Shown in pieces: positions 1 through 12,200 of a stretch of 64,000 nucleotides of DNA. Numbering within the stretch: position 1 is the stretch's first letter; each line of letters begins with the position of its first letter. Where the stretch lies: the NCBI GenBank assembly GCA_004356105.1, contig SMYC01000045.1:172-64171 (forward strand), read 5' to 3'. Made by a program: the position numbers and the translations under genes. The notes below the pieces were generated by a model, which saw nothing but the letters and a program-made list of their open reading frames with translations, made no database searches and was not told where the DNA came from. The DNA is from Acidobacteriota bacterium. Lineage in GTDB: Bacteria > Acidobacteriota > Vicinamibacteria > Marinacidobacterales > SMYC01.

Positions 1-788
1 GCCTCGGCAGGATCGATTTGAAGCACCGTTGAGCGAGGCCCGCGTCGATTCTTCTGGTTGGTATAGATGACGGCATATTCGACCCGCTGGCCGATCCAGG
101 CTGGGTCGATCGGGTCATCGTAGGACATGCGCTCGCCGAGCACCGTTGACTCGAGCGTGACGAGAGGCCGTGAGCTTGGCGCGAAAGTCGGGATGGTGAT
201 GAGCGGAGGCGGAGGCGGGCCGAGGTCTTCGAGCGGCTCGGCCGCGAGCACTTCCGCATCCCCGAGCAGATCGAGGGCATCCGGAAATTCGAGCCCTGCC
301 CGCTCCAGGACCTCCTCGAGATCGATCACGGGGTCCTCGACGGCGACGATAACTTCAGCCTCCTGCTCTTCATCCGGATCGTCCGGCCCCGCGGGCACAT
401 CCAGTGAGAGAGGCAGGGGCTCCTCGTCCGACTCTGTTTCGGGGGTGGCCGCAACGGGCTCGCCCGTAAGCGGGTCGATGGTAACCTCGTCCTCGCTCCC
501 GGCATCCTCAGAGTCCTCCGGCTCTTTGGGCTCGATGATCTTCGTTTGCTCTTCGATGAGTGCCGGGAGATCGATGATACGTCGGCGAATATCGACGTCG
601 CGAAGCAGGACGTTCTCGGTGGTCCGGTCTTGGTTTGCGGACGGAGCCGTCCATTCGAGGCGGATGACGTCGCCGACCTGACGGATCGTGAACGCGTCGG
701 CGGGCGCCGGTAGTGGCCGCAACGGGGGAAGAGGGTCACCACGCTTACCACAGGCCAAGAGCACCGCGGCCATCAAAAGCGCTGCCAA
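1..788 (-). CDS. Lipoprotein, probable fibronectin type III-like domain protein (runs off the left edge)
   Basis: Manual minus-strand translation: LAALLMAAVLLA-CGKRGDPLPPLRP (lipobox), an acidic/Pro-rich linker, then ...RVEYAVIYTNQKNRRGPRS. No stop before position 1. Start is TTG 788 or ATG 773. Confidence 0.7.
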   Translation of the reverse strand, partial: MAALLMAAVLLACGKRGDPLPPLRPLPAPADAFTIRQVGDVIRLEWTAPSANQDRTTENVLLRDVDIRRRIIDLPALIEEQTKIIEPKEPEDSEDAGSEDEVTIDPLTGEPVAATPETESDEEPLPLSLDVPAGPDDPDEEQEAEVIVAVEDPVIDLEEVLERAGLEFPDALDLLGDAEVLAAEPLEDLGPPPPPLITIPTFAPSSRPLVTLESTVLGERMSYDDPIDPAWIGQRVEYAVIYTNQKNRRGPRSTVLQIDPAE

Positions 789-798
789 CAGCGCTTTT

Positions 799-2241
<1,443 letters not shown>

Positions 2242-2267
2242 GGATCCTTCTTGGCTCCGAGCTCGGC

Positions 2268-2819
2268 TCAGAGCTCCTCCATCAAAATGCGGTCGTTCGT
2301 GTAGACGCAAATCTCGGCGGCGATCTTCATCGCTTGTTGCGCTACCTCTGCCGCAGAGAGAGACGTATTGGCGATTAGCGCACGCGCCGCGGCGAGCGCA
2401 AAGGGTCCACCCGAGCCGATGGCAAGAACACCGTCATCAGGCTCGATGAGATCGCCGTTGCCGGACAGGAGCAGGATGTGCTTTTTGTTCGCGACGAGGA
2501 GCAAAGCGTCGAGACGGCGGAGCGCGCGATCGGTTCGCCAGTCCTTGGCGAGCTCGACGGCCGCGCGCTCGAGATTGCCGCTGAACTCTTGGAGCTTGGC
2601 CTCGAACTTGCTGAACAAAGCCTGCGCGTCGGCGGTCGTTCCCGCAAATCCGGCCACGACATTTCCATCCGACAAGCGCCTGAGCTTTCTCGCACCGTGT
2701 TTGACCACCGTGTCGCCGAGTGTCACCTGACCGTCCGCGGCCACGGCCGTTCTCCCGTTGAGGGTGATGGCAAGTACCGTCGTCGAACGCGTGCGCGTGG
2801 ATGAAGCCGATTGAGACAT
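2268..2819 (-). CDS. hslV: ATP-dependent protease peptidase subunit HslV
   Basis: STTVLA (catalytic Thr), [24 protein letters not shown]; directly upstream of hslU. Confidence 0.96.
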   Translation of the reverse strand: MSQSASSTRTRSTTVLAITLNGRTAVAADGQVTLGDTVVKHGARKLRRLSDGNVVAGFAGTTADAQALFSKFEAKLQEFSGNLERAAVELAKDWRTDRALRRLDALLLVANKKHILLLSGNGDLIEPDDGVLAIGSGGPFALAAARALIANTSLSAAEVAQQAMKIAAEICVYTNDRILMEEL

Positions 2820-2893
2820 CTCAGGAGTATACCTTGAACTCGGACGGCACCTCGTCCGCGACGCACTTTTCAGACCCCATCCCATCCTCTATT

Positions 2894-3655
2894 ATGGATA
2901 GACGACTCCCGACAGACAAAACCGCAAATCCAGAAGCACTCCCAGTACCGCGATGTGATGACGCCATGACCGACCTGAAGCGCCTTGCCAACCGTGACCT
3001 CATCCAGCAGCTCACCCAAGCCGGCGCGGACGATCCTCTGTGGCGGGAGTTCATCGCGCGCTTCCGCACGGGCATCCGGATCACCGTGCTCCGAACGCTT
3101 CGGACGGAGGCGGAAAGAACGCCTGGCGTCGACGCGAACGAGTCTCCGGAGCTGATAGAGGACTTGACCCAGGAAGTTTTCGTCAGGCTCCTCGAGTGGA
3201 ATCGTCGCGCCCTTTCGCGGTTCCAGGGACGGACTGAGCTCTCGGCCCATACTTATTTGAATACGATTACCGTCAATCTGGTACGCGACCATTGCAAGAG
3301 CCTCCGTTCGCTGAAGAAGCCAAGGGTCACCGCCTCGCTCTCCCACCCGGTGACGCCGGAGATCGCGGCGGAAGGCCCCAACTATGCACAAACGCTCGTA
3401 AGTGAGGGTACAGGGCCCGAGCGCCTCATCGCCGCGAAAGAGCTCCGTGAGCAGATCCGGGTCGCGATTGATCAAGCGGCGCCGAGCGCGTCGACCGTAG
3501 CGCGGGATCGGTCGATTTTCCAGCTCTTTTTCGTCGAGCGTCTGACCGTCGATGAAATCGCTCGAAAACGCTCGATCCGGCTCTCGGCGAGCGGCGTCGA
3601 GAAGCGCATCCGCCGCATCCGAGAGGCACTAAAAGTAAGATTTTCGACCGAGTGA
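2894..3655 (+). CDS. ECF-type RNA polymerase sigma-70 factor
   Basis: Region 2 EDLTQEVFVRL...YLNTITVNLVRD; region 4 DRSIFQLFFVERLTVDEIA...GVEKRIRRIR. Start uncertain (2894 or 2966). Confidence 0.85.
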   Translation: MDRRLPTDKTANPEALPVPRCDDAMTDLKRLANRDLIQQLTQAGADDPLWREFIARFRTGIRITVLRTLRTEAERTPGVDANESPELIEDLTQEVFVRLLEWNRRALSRFQGRTELSAHTYLNTITVNLVRDHCKSLRSLKKPRVTASLSHPVTPEIAAEGPNYAQTLVSEGTGPERLIAAKELREQIRVAIDQAAPSASTVARDRSIFQLFFVERLTVDEIARKRSIRLSASGVEKRIRRIREALKVRFSTE

Positions 3656-3707
3656 GGGAGGTAAAGGCTCCAAGAACTCGTCTATTAATGAGTGGAGGCC
3701 GAATTCC

Positions 3708-4694
3708 ATGGCAGCAGAGCCAGCACGTGAAGCCCGTCCTGAAAGCCCGTCGTCACGAAACGCCCCGTCCGATCACCTCTCTGCTGAAGAGCTCTACGAG
3801 CTGGTCGAAGACCGCCTTTCGCGGCGGAAGTTGAAAGTCGTCGAAGCGCATCTCGCGGACTGCGCCGATTGTGTCGAAACTCTCGCCATGGTGCTTCGCG
3901 CCGAGCGTCCCGCCTCTCGTGAAGAACAAGAAATCCTCGCCAAAGTTCCCAGGCTTTCCAATGACGAGCTCCTCGCACGATTGCGACCGCATATCGAGGC
4001 GTCGGCGCCACCAAGCGCGGGCTTCGAATGGAAGCCCCTTATCCTTACGTTCGTTCTCGCCGCACTGATTCTTTCCGGAGGATCCATCGTCCGGACGCGC
4101 TATTGGCTCCCAGCTGCGAGTCGTCGTGCTGCGGTGGAAACGCTCGCGGCGCTCGTCGAACGGCGCCAGGCGACGGGGCGTATACCGCTCCGCTACATCA
4201 CGGAGTTCGAGCGGGCCGGCGTGGTCCGAAGTGGGTTCGACACCGTCAATGACGATGAGCTCCAGCTCGTGGCGAATCTTCGTGCCGCCGTCGAGCGGGC
4301 TCCAGAGACCGAGGCGCTGCTCGTGCTCGGCTTATTACTTCTCGACGACGGGCAACTCGACGAGGCGGAAGAGCTTCTCACCCGTGCCCGCGATCAGGAC
4401 ACGGACTCGGTCAGCGCGGTCAACGGTTTGGCCGTAATTCACTATGAACGCGCGCGCATCGACCCGGATGGAGGCCACGCCTTCCACCAGAGAGGTCTTG
4501 CTCTTCTGCGCGAAGCCGAAGCGCTCGATCCCGAAGACTTGAGCGTGCTTTACAACTACGGCAAGTTCTATCAGGCGATGGATATGCATTACCCGGCGGT
4601 CCGCGCCCTTCGGCGCTACATCGACAAAGACCAGGCGTCCCAATGGGCCGAGGAAGCTGCCTACGACCTTGCTAAGCTGACAACCCTGCCCTAG
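3708..4694 (+). CDS. Zinc-finger (zf-HC2) anti-sigma factor with transmembrane helix and TPR repeats
   Basis: HxxxCxxC (EAHLADCADC), a hydrophobic segment and C-terminal TPR-like helices; follows the ECF sigma. Confidence 0.8.
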   Translation: MAAEPAREARPESPSSRNAPSDHLSAEELYELVEDRLSRRKLKVVEAHLADCADCVETLAMVLRAERPASREEQEILAKVPRLSNDELLARLRPHIEASAPPSAGFEWKPLILTFVLAALILSGGSIVRTRYWLPAASRRAAVETLAALVERRQATGRIPLRYITEFERAGVVRSGFDTVNDDELQLVANLRAAVERAPETEALLVLGLLLLDDGQLDEAEELLTRARDQDTDSVSAVNGLAVIHYERARIDPDGGHAFHQRGLALLREAEALDPEDLSVLYNYGKFYQAMDMHYPAVRALRRYIDKDQASQWAEEAAYDLAKLTTLP

Positions 4695-5965
4695 GACCCG
4701 CTAGTCAGCCCGATCATCAAATCGTTGACATTGGTGCCCGTGGGGCCTGTCTTCAACAGAGCGCCCAGGGCATCAAAAAAAGAATATGCGTCGTTGTTCG
4801 CGAGATACTCGTCAGGCTCTAGCCCCCCCTCGCGGCCCCGCGCCCACGTGTCGCCATCCGCGAAAGCTCCGGCCGCGTCCGTCGGACCGTCGGTGCCGTC
4901 GCTCCCTGCCGCCAGCACGGTGATGCCCGCCACACCCTGAAGCTCGCGGGCCGTGACGAGCGCGAATTCCTGGCTTCGCCCGCCCAATCCGCTGCCGGTA
5001 ACTTCAAGGGTGAGCTCGCCGCCGGCGATGAGAGCGACGGGCTCCGGCCTCTTTTGGCACGCGCGAAGTGCTTTGGCAAATGCCCGGGCCCGTTCGTGGA
5101 CGGAGCCCACGAGGTCCTCGGCGAAAATCTCGACAGTAAAGCCGTGCGCCGAAGCGGCGGCGCGCGCCGCCTCCACGAGGTCCCGATTGCTGCCGAGGAT
5201 GATGTGCTCCACGTTCTCGAGCGACGCCGCGCCTGGCTTCGGGGTCTCGGGAATAGCGCCTCGCGCTCCTTCCCGCAGATGCTGCATCACCCGCTCGGGC
5301 GCCTCGTCGGAAACGTGGTATCGGTCCAAGATCGCCGCCGCCTCTTCGAACGTCGATGGGTCGGCCGTCATCGGACCGGACCCGATCGAGGAGAGATCGT
5401 TACCAATAACATCGGACACTACGAGCGTCAGGACCCTTGCCGGTAAGAGCTGCTCGAGAAGGCGTCCTCCTTTGACCGCCGAAAGGTGCTTGCGCACCGC
5501 GTTCAGCTCTTGAATGGTCGCGCCCGAACGCAGGAGTAGCCCCGTTATGGAAACCTTGTCCTCGAGACTCAGTCCGTGGGCGGGTGCCACGAGAAGCGCC
5601 GACGCGCCGCCCGTGAGCAGGAAGACAACGCGGTCGTCGGCGTTAGTGCTCGTCAGGTCGTCACGAAGCCGCGCCGTCGCGTCGAGCCCGGCGGCGTCCG
5701 GAAGTGGGTGCCCGCCCTCCTCTACCCTCAGACGCGTCAACGCCGCGCCGTGCCCGTGCTTGACGAGGACGCGTCCTGTGTAGTCCCGGCCGTCGAGGTG
5801 GTCCTCGAGCGAAGCGGCGAGATGCGCCGCGGCTTTTCCCGCGCCGAAGACCAGCAGTCGGCCGGAGCCCGGCGGAGACGGCAGCGCAATGTCCTCCACC
5901 AAACGGGACGGCTCCATCCGTGCGAGACCCGCTTCGAAGATGGCCTTCGCTTTTTGTCGCAGCAT
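4691..5965 (-). CDS. Glycerate 2-kinase / hydroxypyruvate reductase (MOFRL family)
   Basis: GAGKAA, GHPLPD, LTGGASAL, NAVRKHLSAVKGG, SDGTDGPTDAAGA, GPTGTNVND motifs. Confidence 0.92.
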   Translation of the reverse strand: MLRQKAKAIFEAGLARMEPSRLVEDIALPSPPGSGRLLVFGAGKAAAHLAASLEDHLDGRDYTGRVLVKHGHGAALTRLRVEEGGHPLPDAAGLDATARLRDDLTSTNADDRVVFLLTGGASALLVAPAHGLSLEDKVSITGLLLRSGATIQELNAVRKHLSAVKGGRLLEQLLPARVLTLVVSDVIGNDLSSIGSGPMTADPSTFEEAAAILDRYHVSDEAPERVMQHLREGARGAIPETPKPGAASLENVEHIILGSNRDLVEAARAAASAHGFTVEIFAEDLVGSVHERARAFAKALRACQKRPEPVALIAGGELTLEVTGSGLGGRSQEFALVTARELQGVAGITVLAAGSDGTDGPTDAAGAFADGDTWARGREGGLEPDEYLANNDAYSFFDALGALLKTGPTGTNVNDLMIGLTSGS

Positions 5966-5997
5966 GGAGCCCTCTTACCGCCTCTTGCGGAGAAGGA

Positions 5998-7251
5998 TCA
6001 ACCCTTGAAAGGCCGACGTCGGTAGTCTTTCGCTTTGCGCTTGAGATCGTCGGCACAATCGAGCACGAGCACAGCGTTGTACTGCTGCAGTGCAAGAGCC
6101 CGCTGATTGCCGGAGTCGAAGATCTTCCCCATCCACAAGTGAGACCTTCCCTTCAGGTTGTCGCCCGCCTCGTCGCTGATGACGACCTTCTCGAACGCAT
6201 CCACGGCCTCGTCGAGGCTCAGTCCCTCCGTCTCGAACCCGCGAACGTTGATCTCACCAATCTTGAAGAGCACAGAATCGAGCTCGAGACGATCGTAATC
6301 ATCTTGCCCGGCCTGAATCTTAGCTAGGACGGAACGGTAGACTTTGCTCGCACGGCCCCATTCTTCTTTGCGTTCGTAGACGGATCCCTGGATCAACTCC
6401 AGGAGGAAGTTCCTCGGGTAGCGCGCATGCAGGTCGTTTAGAACAGCGAGAGCCCTATCGTATTCCTTTTCGCCTTTGTAGATGACGACCAATACCAACT
6501 TCGCGTTCGTGCTGGCTCGACGGCCGAGTTGGGCGGCATATTCCAGCTGCTCGATACCGCCTTGCTTGTCACCGCCCCGGATACCGATGAGACCGAGCAG
6601 AAAGCGGATGAAACCCGGGATCGCGCCCAGCGTGTAATCGTAGGTGCCGATCGTCAGCCTGGCGTCGTTGTAGGATGGATCGAGCGTGAGAACCCTCATG
6701 TGGTAGTCACGAGCCTTTTTCGCCTCGCCGTTGGCTTTGAAGTAGGCACGCCTGACCGTTGCCTCGAAAGCGGCGAGCGTGCCGTGAGCGACCCCCAACG
6801 CGTAAAGCGTCTCGATGTCGTCGGGATGATCCGCCAGAATGGTCTCACCTGTTTCGATGGCCTGGGCCAGCGTGCGGCGAAGCCGGGCTACCGTTTCGGC
6901 GTCGACCATGTCCTCGGCGTCGCGCGTCCCGGAACCTGTGTAGCCCACCAGGTTCATCTTCTCCTGCTGGTAGACGATCTTCAGCCAGATGGATGACGCC
7001 AGCAAGTTCCAGTAAGTCGGGTTGGTCGGATCCTCTTCGATCAGCTGCAGGAATTTTGCTTCCGCGACTTCGAAATCGAGACTGTACAGTGCTTCTAGAG
7101 TCACCGTTTCGAGCGTTTGACCCGTCACCCGTCCGGCATCGACCATCAGGACCAGAAGCCCTACCAGGACCCAGCGGGAAACGATGTTCCCTTTTCGAGA
7201 CAATACCAAATCCCGAACGCGTCCGGTCGTCACGGTATCGTCTACCATCAT
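5998..7251 (-). CDS. Secreted TPR-repeat protein
   Basis: C-terminal part of ORF 5998..8058: hydrophobic signal-like segment then repeated TPR-like helices. The upstream extension overlaps the next gene and is discarded; start uncertain. Confidence 0.7.
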   Translation of the reverse strand: MMVDDTVTTGRVRDLVLSRKGNIVSRWVLVGLLVLMVDAGRVTGQTLETVTLEALYSLDFEVAEAKFLQLIEEDPTNPTYWNLLASSIWLKIVYQQEKMNLVGYTGSGTRDAEDMVDAETVARLRRTLAQAIETGETILADHPDDIETLYALGVAHGTLAAFEATVRRAYFKANGEAKKARDYHMRVLTLDPSYNDARLTIGTYDYTLGAIPGFIRFLLGLIGIRGGDKQGGIEQLEYAAQLGRRASTNAKLVLVVIYKGEKEYDRALAVLNDLHARYPRNFLLELIQGSVYERKEEWGRASKVYRSVLAKIQAGQDDYDRLELDSVLFKIGEINVRGFETEGLSLDEAVDAFEKVVISDEAGDNLKGRSHLWMGKIFDSGNQRALALQQYNAVLVLDCADDLKRKAKDYRRRPFKG

Positions 7252-7286
7252 CAATGCGTTGGCCCAAGCTTTGTCGGTCTCGCGGC

Positions 7287-8846
7287 CTAGTTCGATTGGC
7301 GAACCGGCTGAAAGGAAAGGTCCTCGTAGTCGTAGGCCGAGTCGGCCGCGGGGGAGAAGGGTCTGAGGTCCATGGCATCGACGGAGCCGTCCGCCCCGAG
7401 CGAGAACGTGACGAACGCGTCCGCATTCGAATGATGGCCCCAACGGACGACGAACGTGTCGTGGTTCCAGTGCTCGAGGGGACCCTTGAATGAGGGCGAT
7501 CTGGAAAAGCGCATCACGAGTTGGCCACTCGATGCCTCCACCGTGACATCCCCATACAGCGCATCGTTGAAGGTGCCGGCATAGCTTTTGAGACTCAGCG
7601 ACGGCGAGGTCTCTTCGACGCGTGCCGCGAGAAGAGCGTCCATCCGCTCGTGAAAGCGCCGGTTCAAGATCTTGCCCGCCTCCTGGCGCGCTGCAATCCA
7701 ATCGGTGGGCGGCGCGTCGCCCAGATAGGCGTCGAGGATCCAATACGTCAAGGAGGATTGAAACGACGTCTCTTGATTCGTCAAGATCACGATGCCGAGG
7801 CGCTCTCCGGGAACGAGCGTTGTCAACGACGTCATCCCGGCCAGGCCGCCGCCGTGATAGACCATCTTTTGTCCCTTGTAGTCCTTGAGCCTCCAGCCCA
7901 GGCCGTACGCGTACCACGTCGGCTTCAGCGCCCTGAGAGGACGGAGTGGATTTCCGATACCGATGGCGATCTGCGGAGACCACATCTCCTTCGACTGCCT
8001 CTCGCTGAAGATACGCGTCTCGCCGAGCTTGCCGCGACCGAGCTGAACGAGGAGCCACTTCGAAAGCTCGGAGACGCTGGCATTGATGGCGCCGGCGGGG
8101 CCGAGCGTGTCCACGTTCTCGCTCTCGATCGGCCGGACTTCAGAATCCATGAAGACGTGAGGCCTCGCCCAATTGCTCTCTGGCCTGCGCTCTGTAATGC
8201 TCGAATTCGCGTGCGACATCCCGAGCGGCCTGAAGATACGCTCCGCAACGAACGCGTCCCAGCTCTTTCCAGTCACCGCCGGAATGATTTGCCCAGCGAC
8301 GATGAACATGACGTTGGAATAGGCGTAGCGGCTGCGAAAGCTCCGGACCGGCTTCAAGTAGCGAAGCCGTTCCATCAGTTCCTCGCGGCTATAGGTGGAG
8401 CGTAGCCAAAGCAAATCACCTCCGCCCGAGCGGAAGCCGCTACGATGCGTCACGAGATCGCGGATCGTGATCTCACGCGTGACCCAAGGATCGTAGAGTC
8501 GAAACTGCGGCAGATGATCGATGACGCGATCGTCCCAAGAGATCTTCCCTTCATCGACGAGGATGGCGAGCGCGGCGGTCGTGAACGCTTTGGAGCACGA
8601 CGCGATCGCGAAGAGGGTATTGGGGTCCACCGGCGCGGGGCTGCCCAGCGTCCGTACGCCAAAACCCTTGGAGAAAACGACGTCACCATCTTTGACGATG
8701 GCGATGGCGGCCCCCGGAACGTCGAAGGCCTCGAGCGCGCGTTGGGCGTAGGCCTCGAGCTCGCGAACATCGAGCTCGCGAGCTAGGGCGCCGGAAGCGA
8801 TGGTCCAAATAACGACGACCGCGGAAACTTTGACGAGCGAGCTCAA
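7287..8846 (-). CDS. Serine hydrolase, beta-lactamase family, with C-terminal DUF3471-like domain
   Basis: SxxK (SCSK), YSN and HGG motifs; signal peptide; GGAGG upstream of TTG 8846. Confidence 0.9.
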   Translation of the reverse strand: MSSLVKVSAVVVIWTIASGALARELDVRELEAYAQRALEAFDVPGAAIAIVKDGDVVFSKGFGVRTLGSPAPVDPNTLFAIASCSKAFTTAALAILVDEGKISWDDRVIDHLPQFRLYDPWVTREITIRDLVTHRSGFRSGGGDLLWLRSTYSREELMERLRYLKPVRSFRSRYAYSNVMFIVAGQIIPAVTGKSWDAFVAERIFRPLGMSHANSSITERRPESNWARPHVFMDSEVRPIESENVDTLGPAGAINASVSELSKWLLVQLGRGKLGETRIFSERQSKEMWSPQIAIGIGNPLRPLRALKPTWYAYGLGWRLKDYKGQKMVYHGGGLAGMTSLTTLVPGERLGIVILTNQETSFQSSLTYWILDAYLGDAPPTDWIAARQEAGKILNRRFHERMDALLAARVEETSPSLSLKSYAGTFNDALYGDVTVEASSGQLVMRFSRSPSFKGPLEHWNHDTFVVRWGHHSNADAFVTFSLGADGSVDAMDLRPFSPAADSAYDYEDLSFQPVRQSN

Positions 8847-8925
8847 ATGAACCTCCGCGGAGATTGTACTTCCGAAAGCCGCGCCGAAGTATATTCTCAC
8901 TTATCAGATTCAGGAGGAAACGGCC

Positions 8926-9111
8926 ATGAGGACGTTGGGGCGCCTTTGGATGATACTGCTCGCTTTCGGAAGCGTGCCGGGCATCGAAGCCGAGACGCAT
9001 CGCTTCCACCCCGAGGTCGGCTATCAGACATACAAAGTGCGTGAGCCTGTCCTTCGCGTGCGGCCAGGCGACATCGCGGAAACGAGCACGCTCTTCTCCC
9101 CGCTTTTCTGA
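8926..9111 (+). pseudogene. Truncated secreted acetamidase/formamidase-family gene (N-terminus only)
   Basis: AGGAGG RBS, signal peptide, then ETHRFHP...EPVLRVRPGDIAET; stops at 61 aa where a repeat mosaic begins. Confidence 0.6.
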
Positions 9112-9118
9112 CTAAACA

Positions 9119-9480
9119 CTAGCCAGGTAACCTTGAAAGCGTTTGAACCGGTAGAGGCGCAGAGGACGTAGAGGAAAATCCGGGATTTCTTCTTCTCCGC
9201 GTACTCTGCGCCTCTGCGGTGAGATTGTCTTGCTCTAGATCTAGAACTAGATCTAGCCAGGTAAACCTGAAAGCGTTCTAAATCCACACCACACAGCTGA
9301 CTCTCATCCCCACATCCCCTTACCTTTACAAACGCCGCTAAAAGCAAGGAGAGGTGGGGATGGGAGGGGATGTGGGGATAAGAAAGAATTTGCTTCAGAA
9401 CGTGGTACAAAATCCTCGGTTCTGACCGGTTAGAGGCTAAGACGCGAACAAAATCCTCGCTTCTGACGGGTTCGAGCCTA
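9119..9480. repeat. Intergenic repeat mosaic (two direct-repeat pairs, two inverted-repeat pairs)
   Basis: DR 9119-9143/9253-9277 (23/25); IR about 9147-9174/9193-9220; IR 9302-9320/9365-9383 (18/19); DR 9407-9439/9448-9480 (29/33). Confidence 0.85.
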
Positions 9481-11046
9481 GAAGCCGATGCGGGAGCCCG
9501 CCGATAGGAGCCAGCGGCTCCGGCCGTCGATCGGGTCGAGCGCGTAAGCGAAATCGATGCGGATGCCCGGTGTCGATGCGGAGACACGGTTCGCGCCCAG
9601 CAACAAGCTCAGGCCGATATCCGAGTGCATGTCTGAAAGGCGCATCGGCTGGCCGCGAGGCCAGGCGAAGCCGGAATCGAAAAAGCCGGCGATGCCGACC
9701 GATACGAGTTGGCCGATGTTATCCGTGAGGAACCAACGGCCTTCCAAACTGATTAGCAACGAGCGATTGCCGTTGAACTGACGGACGGGGTAGCCGCGAA
9801 GACCACTTTCCGCCCCGAGCCGAAACTGCACTTCTGGATCGAGCTCTGTCCCATAGAGAAAGTCGGCCTTGGCGAGAATCAGCTTGCGGAGAGACAGCTT
9901 TTGCACAACGTTGGCGCGAGCGTGGAGAATCCCGTTCTCGATCCGGTCGTTTCGATAGCGCGCCCGCCAGGAAATGTCTCCGAGAACGAAGCCAACCCCA
10001 GGAAGTTTCAGCCCTCGTCGCTCGCCGAGAAAGAAGGAATAGGACGTCAGATCCTCGCCCCCGAGCGCGGGGGTCGAGATCCCGAAAAAGGCGGAGGCCA
10101 CGTTCCCGAGATTGAAATCTTCGATCCGCTCGAACTGGTGAATATGGGTGAGCTTCAGGAAACGGTGAACGACGCTGCTTACGCCGACCTGCAGGAGGCC
10201 GAAGCGCCGGACGTTCTCGCCTTCGGCGATGTCGTCCTCGGAGCTCACATAGGCGAGATGAAGCCGCACGGCATTCGTCGGGTTGCGCTTTAGCGCGCGG
10301 GCGGCATGAAACTCGCCTCGTCGACTGTAATGTCTAAGCTGAGCGATACGCTCGCCATCCTGGAATAGTGGGTCGAGGCGATCGAAGTCCTCGAACGCAG
10401 CGTGGAAGCTCCAAAGCGTGCCGATCGAAAAGAACGGACGGGTCGCGGAGAGGTTGACGCGATGCCCGTCGCTAGCGCTCGATAGCAACACGCGGCTGGT
10501 GACACGCGAGCCGAAGGTTCGAGGATCGCGATAGAACACGAAAGTCTTGTCGCGATCCAGACCGGAGTCATACAGTAGCCGGAGCTGCTTTCCAAGGCCG
10601 AACAAGTTGGTCTCGGACGCGCCCGCTGCCCACACCCACTCGTTCCCCACTTTGGCTACACGAAACTCTGGTAGCGTCGACCATGCATCGGAGGTGGTGA
10701 CGCGCAAAAGGACGCGTCCGTCCGCCAAGGGAATCGATTCGATTTCTGCTCGTCGCAAGAAAGGCAAAGCGCGCAGGTTTCGCTCGGTTTGAGCGACCGC
10801 TTCCATGTCGAGGGAGTCCCCGACCGCGAAGAGAAGCTCCTGACGGATGATGCTTTCGCGGGTCTTGATATGCAGCCGGTTGGCCGCCCGATATGGCCAC
10901 ACGTCGCTTGTGCGGCCGTTGTCCTCGAACACGTCCTCGACATAGATTTCGATGGTCGCGATGGTCGGGGTCGGTGCTTCGTCTCGTGCTTGGGACCCCG
11001 CACAAAGGAGAAGGGATAGAACAATTAATCGGAAGACGCGGAGCAT
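9478..11046 (-). CDS. BamA/TamA (Omp85) family outer-membrane protein
   Basis: Signal peptide, POTRA-like [20 protein letters not shown], barrel motif GLRGYP, C-terminal Phe. Confidence 0.85.
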   Translation of the reverse strand: MLRVFRLIVLSLLLCAGSQARDEAPTPTIATIEIYVEDVFEDNGRTSDVWPYRAANRLHIKTRESIIRQELLFAVGDSLDMEAVAQTERNLRALPFLRRAEIESIPLADGRVLLRVTTSDAWSTLPEFRVAKVGNEWVWAAGASETNLFGLGKQLRLLYDSGLDRDKTFVFYRDPRTFGSRVTSRVLLSSASDGHRVNLSATRPFFSIGTLWSFHAAFEDFDRLDPLFQDGERIAQLRHYSRRGEFHAARALKRNPTNAVRLHLAYVSSEDDIAEGENVRRFGLLQVGVSSVVHRFLKLTHIHQFERIEDFNLGNVASAFFGISTPALGGEDLTSYSFFLGERRGLKLPGVGFVLGDISWRARYRNDRIENGILHARANVVQKLSLRKLILAKADFLYGTELDPEVQFRLGAESGLRGYPVRQFNGNRSLLISLEGRWFLTDNIGQLVSVGIAGFFDSGFAWPRGQPMRLSDMHSDIGLSLLLGANRVSASTPGIRIDFAYALDPIDGRSRWLLSAGSRIGF

Positions 11047-11146
11047 TTGCGACCCACAATCTACGGTGCGCGGGCGCCCGACGCAAGCCTGCTATACTCC
11101 GGCCCGTCCCAAAACCCACACCAATCCTATGGGGGAGTCATCGAAA

Positions 11147-12166
11147 ATGAACGACGCGAAGGAGTGGTACGCCGCGCGTGGTAGCGAAAGAGTCGGTCCT
11201 ATGACCCGGAGCGAGCTCGCGAGCGGGTTTCAATCGGGTGCATATGGCCCCGAGTCTCTCGTTTTCAAACAAGGGATGAGCGGTTGGACGGCCGCCTCTC
11301 AGGTCGCAGAGCTCAGAGTTGTGCTTTCGGGCGGCGGCACTAGCGTTGCGCCACCACCACCTCCTCCTCCATCAGATCGCCGCGCGCACGAAGTCGATTA
11401 CAACATCGTAGGCGCGGAGATGCAATTCGTCGAGATCGAGCTCGATCCCGGTGAAGGCGCGGTCGCCGAGGCGGGCGCCATGATGTACATGACGTCCGGG
11501 ATCGAGATGACGACGATCTTCGGAGATGGTAGTGAACAGGGCGGGGGGTTCATGAACAAGCTTCTCGGCGCGGGAAAACGCGTCCTTACGGGAGAGAGCC
11601 TCTTCATGACGGAGTTCGTGAACCAGGGCTCCGGGAAACAACAGGTGGCTTTCGCTTCGCCTTATCCAGGCAAGATCATGGCCGCGGATCTCGCGGAAAT
11701 GGGCGGTAAGCTCATCGCGCAAAAAGACGCGTTCTTGTGCGCCGCCAAAGGCGTCGCGATCAGCATCGCCTTTCAGAAGAAGATCGGCGTGGCGCTCTTC
11801 GGCGGAGAGGGCTTTATCATGCAGAGCCTCGAAGGTGACGGCCTGGCTTTTCTGCACGCCGGTGGCACGACCATCGAGCGCCGGCTCGACGCCGGCGAGA
11901 ATCTTCGCGTTGACACCGGCTGTATCGTTGCGCTCGAGCCTAGCGTGACCTACGACATCCAATTCGTGGGCGGGATCAAGTCGGCTATTTTTGGCGGAGA
12001 GGGGTTCTTCTTCGCAAGCCTCACCGGACCGGGCAAGGTTTGGCTTCAATCGCTTCCCTTCAGCCGGCTCGCAGGTCGGATTTGGGAGGCGGCACCGCAG
12101 ACGGGCGGCGGCGGCAAAGGCGAGGGCTCGGTGCTCGGCGGGATCGGGAGCATGTTTCAAAAGTAA
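11147..12166 (+). CDS. AIM24/TIGR00266 family protein with N-terminal GYF_2-like domain
   Basis: [13 protein letters not shown]...VFKQGMSGW (GYF_2-like), poly-Pro linker, [31 protein letters not shown]. Confidence 0.9.
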   Translation: MNDAKEWYAARGSERVGPMTRSELASGFQSGAYGPESLVFKQGMSGWTAASQVAELRVVLSGGGTSVAPPPPPPPSDRRAHEVDYNIVGAEMQFVEIELDPGEGAVAEAGAMMYMTSGIEMTTIFGDGSEQGGGFMNKLLGAGKRVLTGESLFMTEFVNQGSGKQQVAFASPYPGKIMAADLAEMGGKLIAQKDAFLCAAKGVAISIAFQKKIGVALFGGEGFIMQSLEGDGLAFLHAGGTTIERRLDAGENLRVDTGCIVALEPSVTYDIQFVGGIKSAIFGGEGFFFASLTGPGKVWLQSLPFSRLAGRIWEAAPQTGGGGKGEGSVLGGIGSMFQK

Positions 12167-12200
12167 GGATTTGCGGTTCGTTGGTTAGCTTCGTATTGGT

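Noticed and set aside
7252-8058. N-terminal extension of ORF 5998..8058
   Set aside because: Overlaps the serine hydrolase in another frame; Arg-rich, non-protein-like composition.
9407-9480. 33-bp direct repeat as a second CRISPR array
   Set aside because: Only 8 bp between copies, 4 mismatches, no leader or cas genes.
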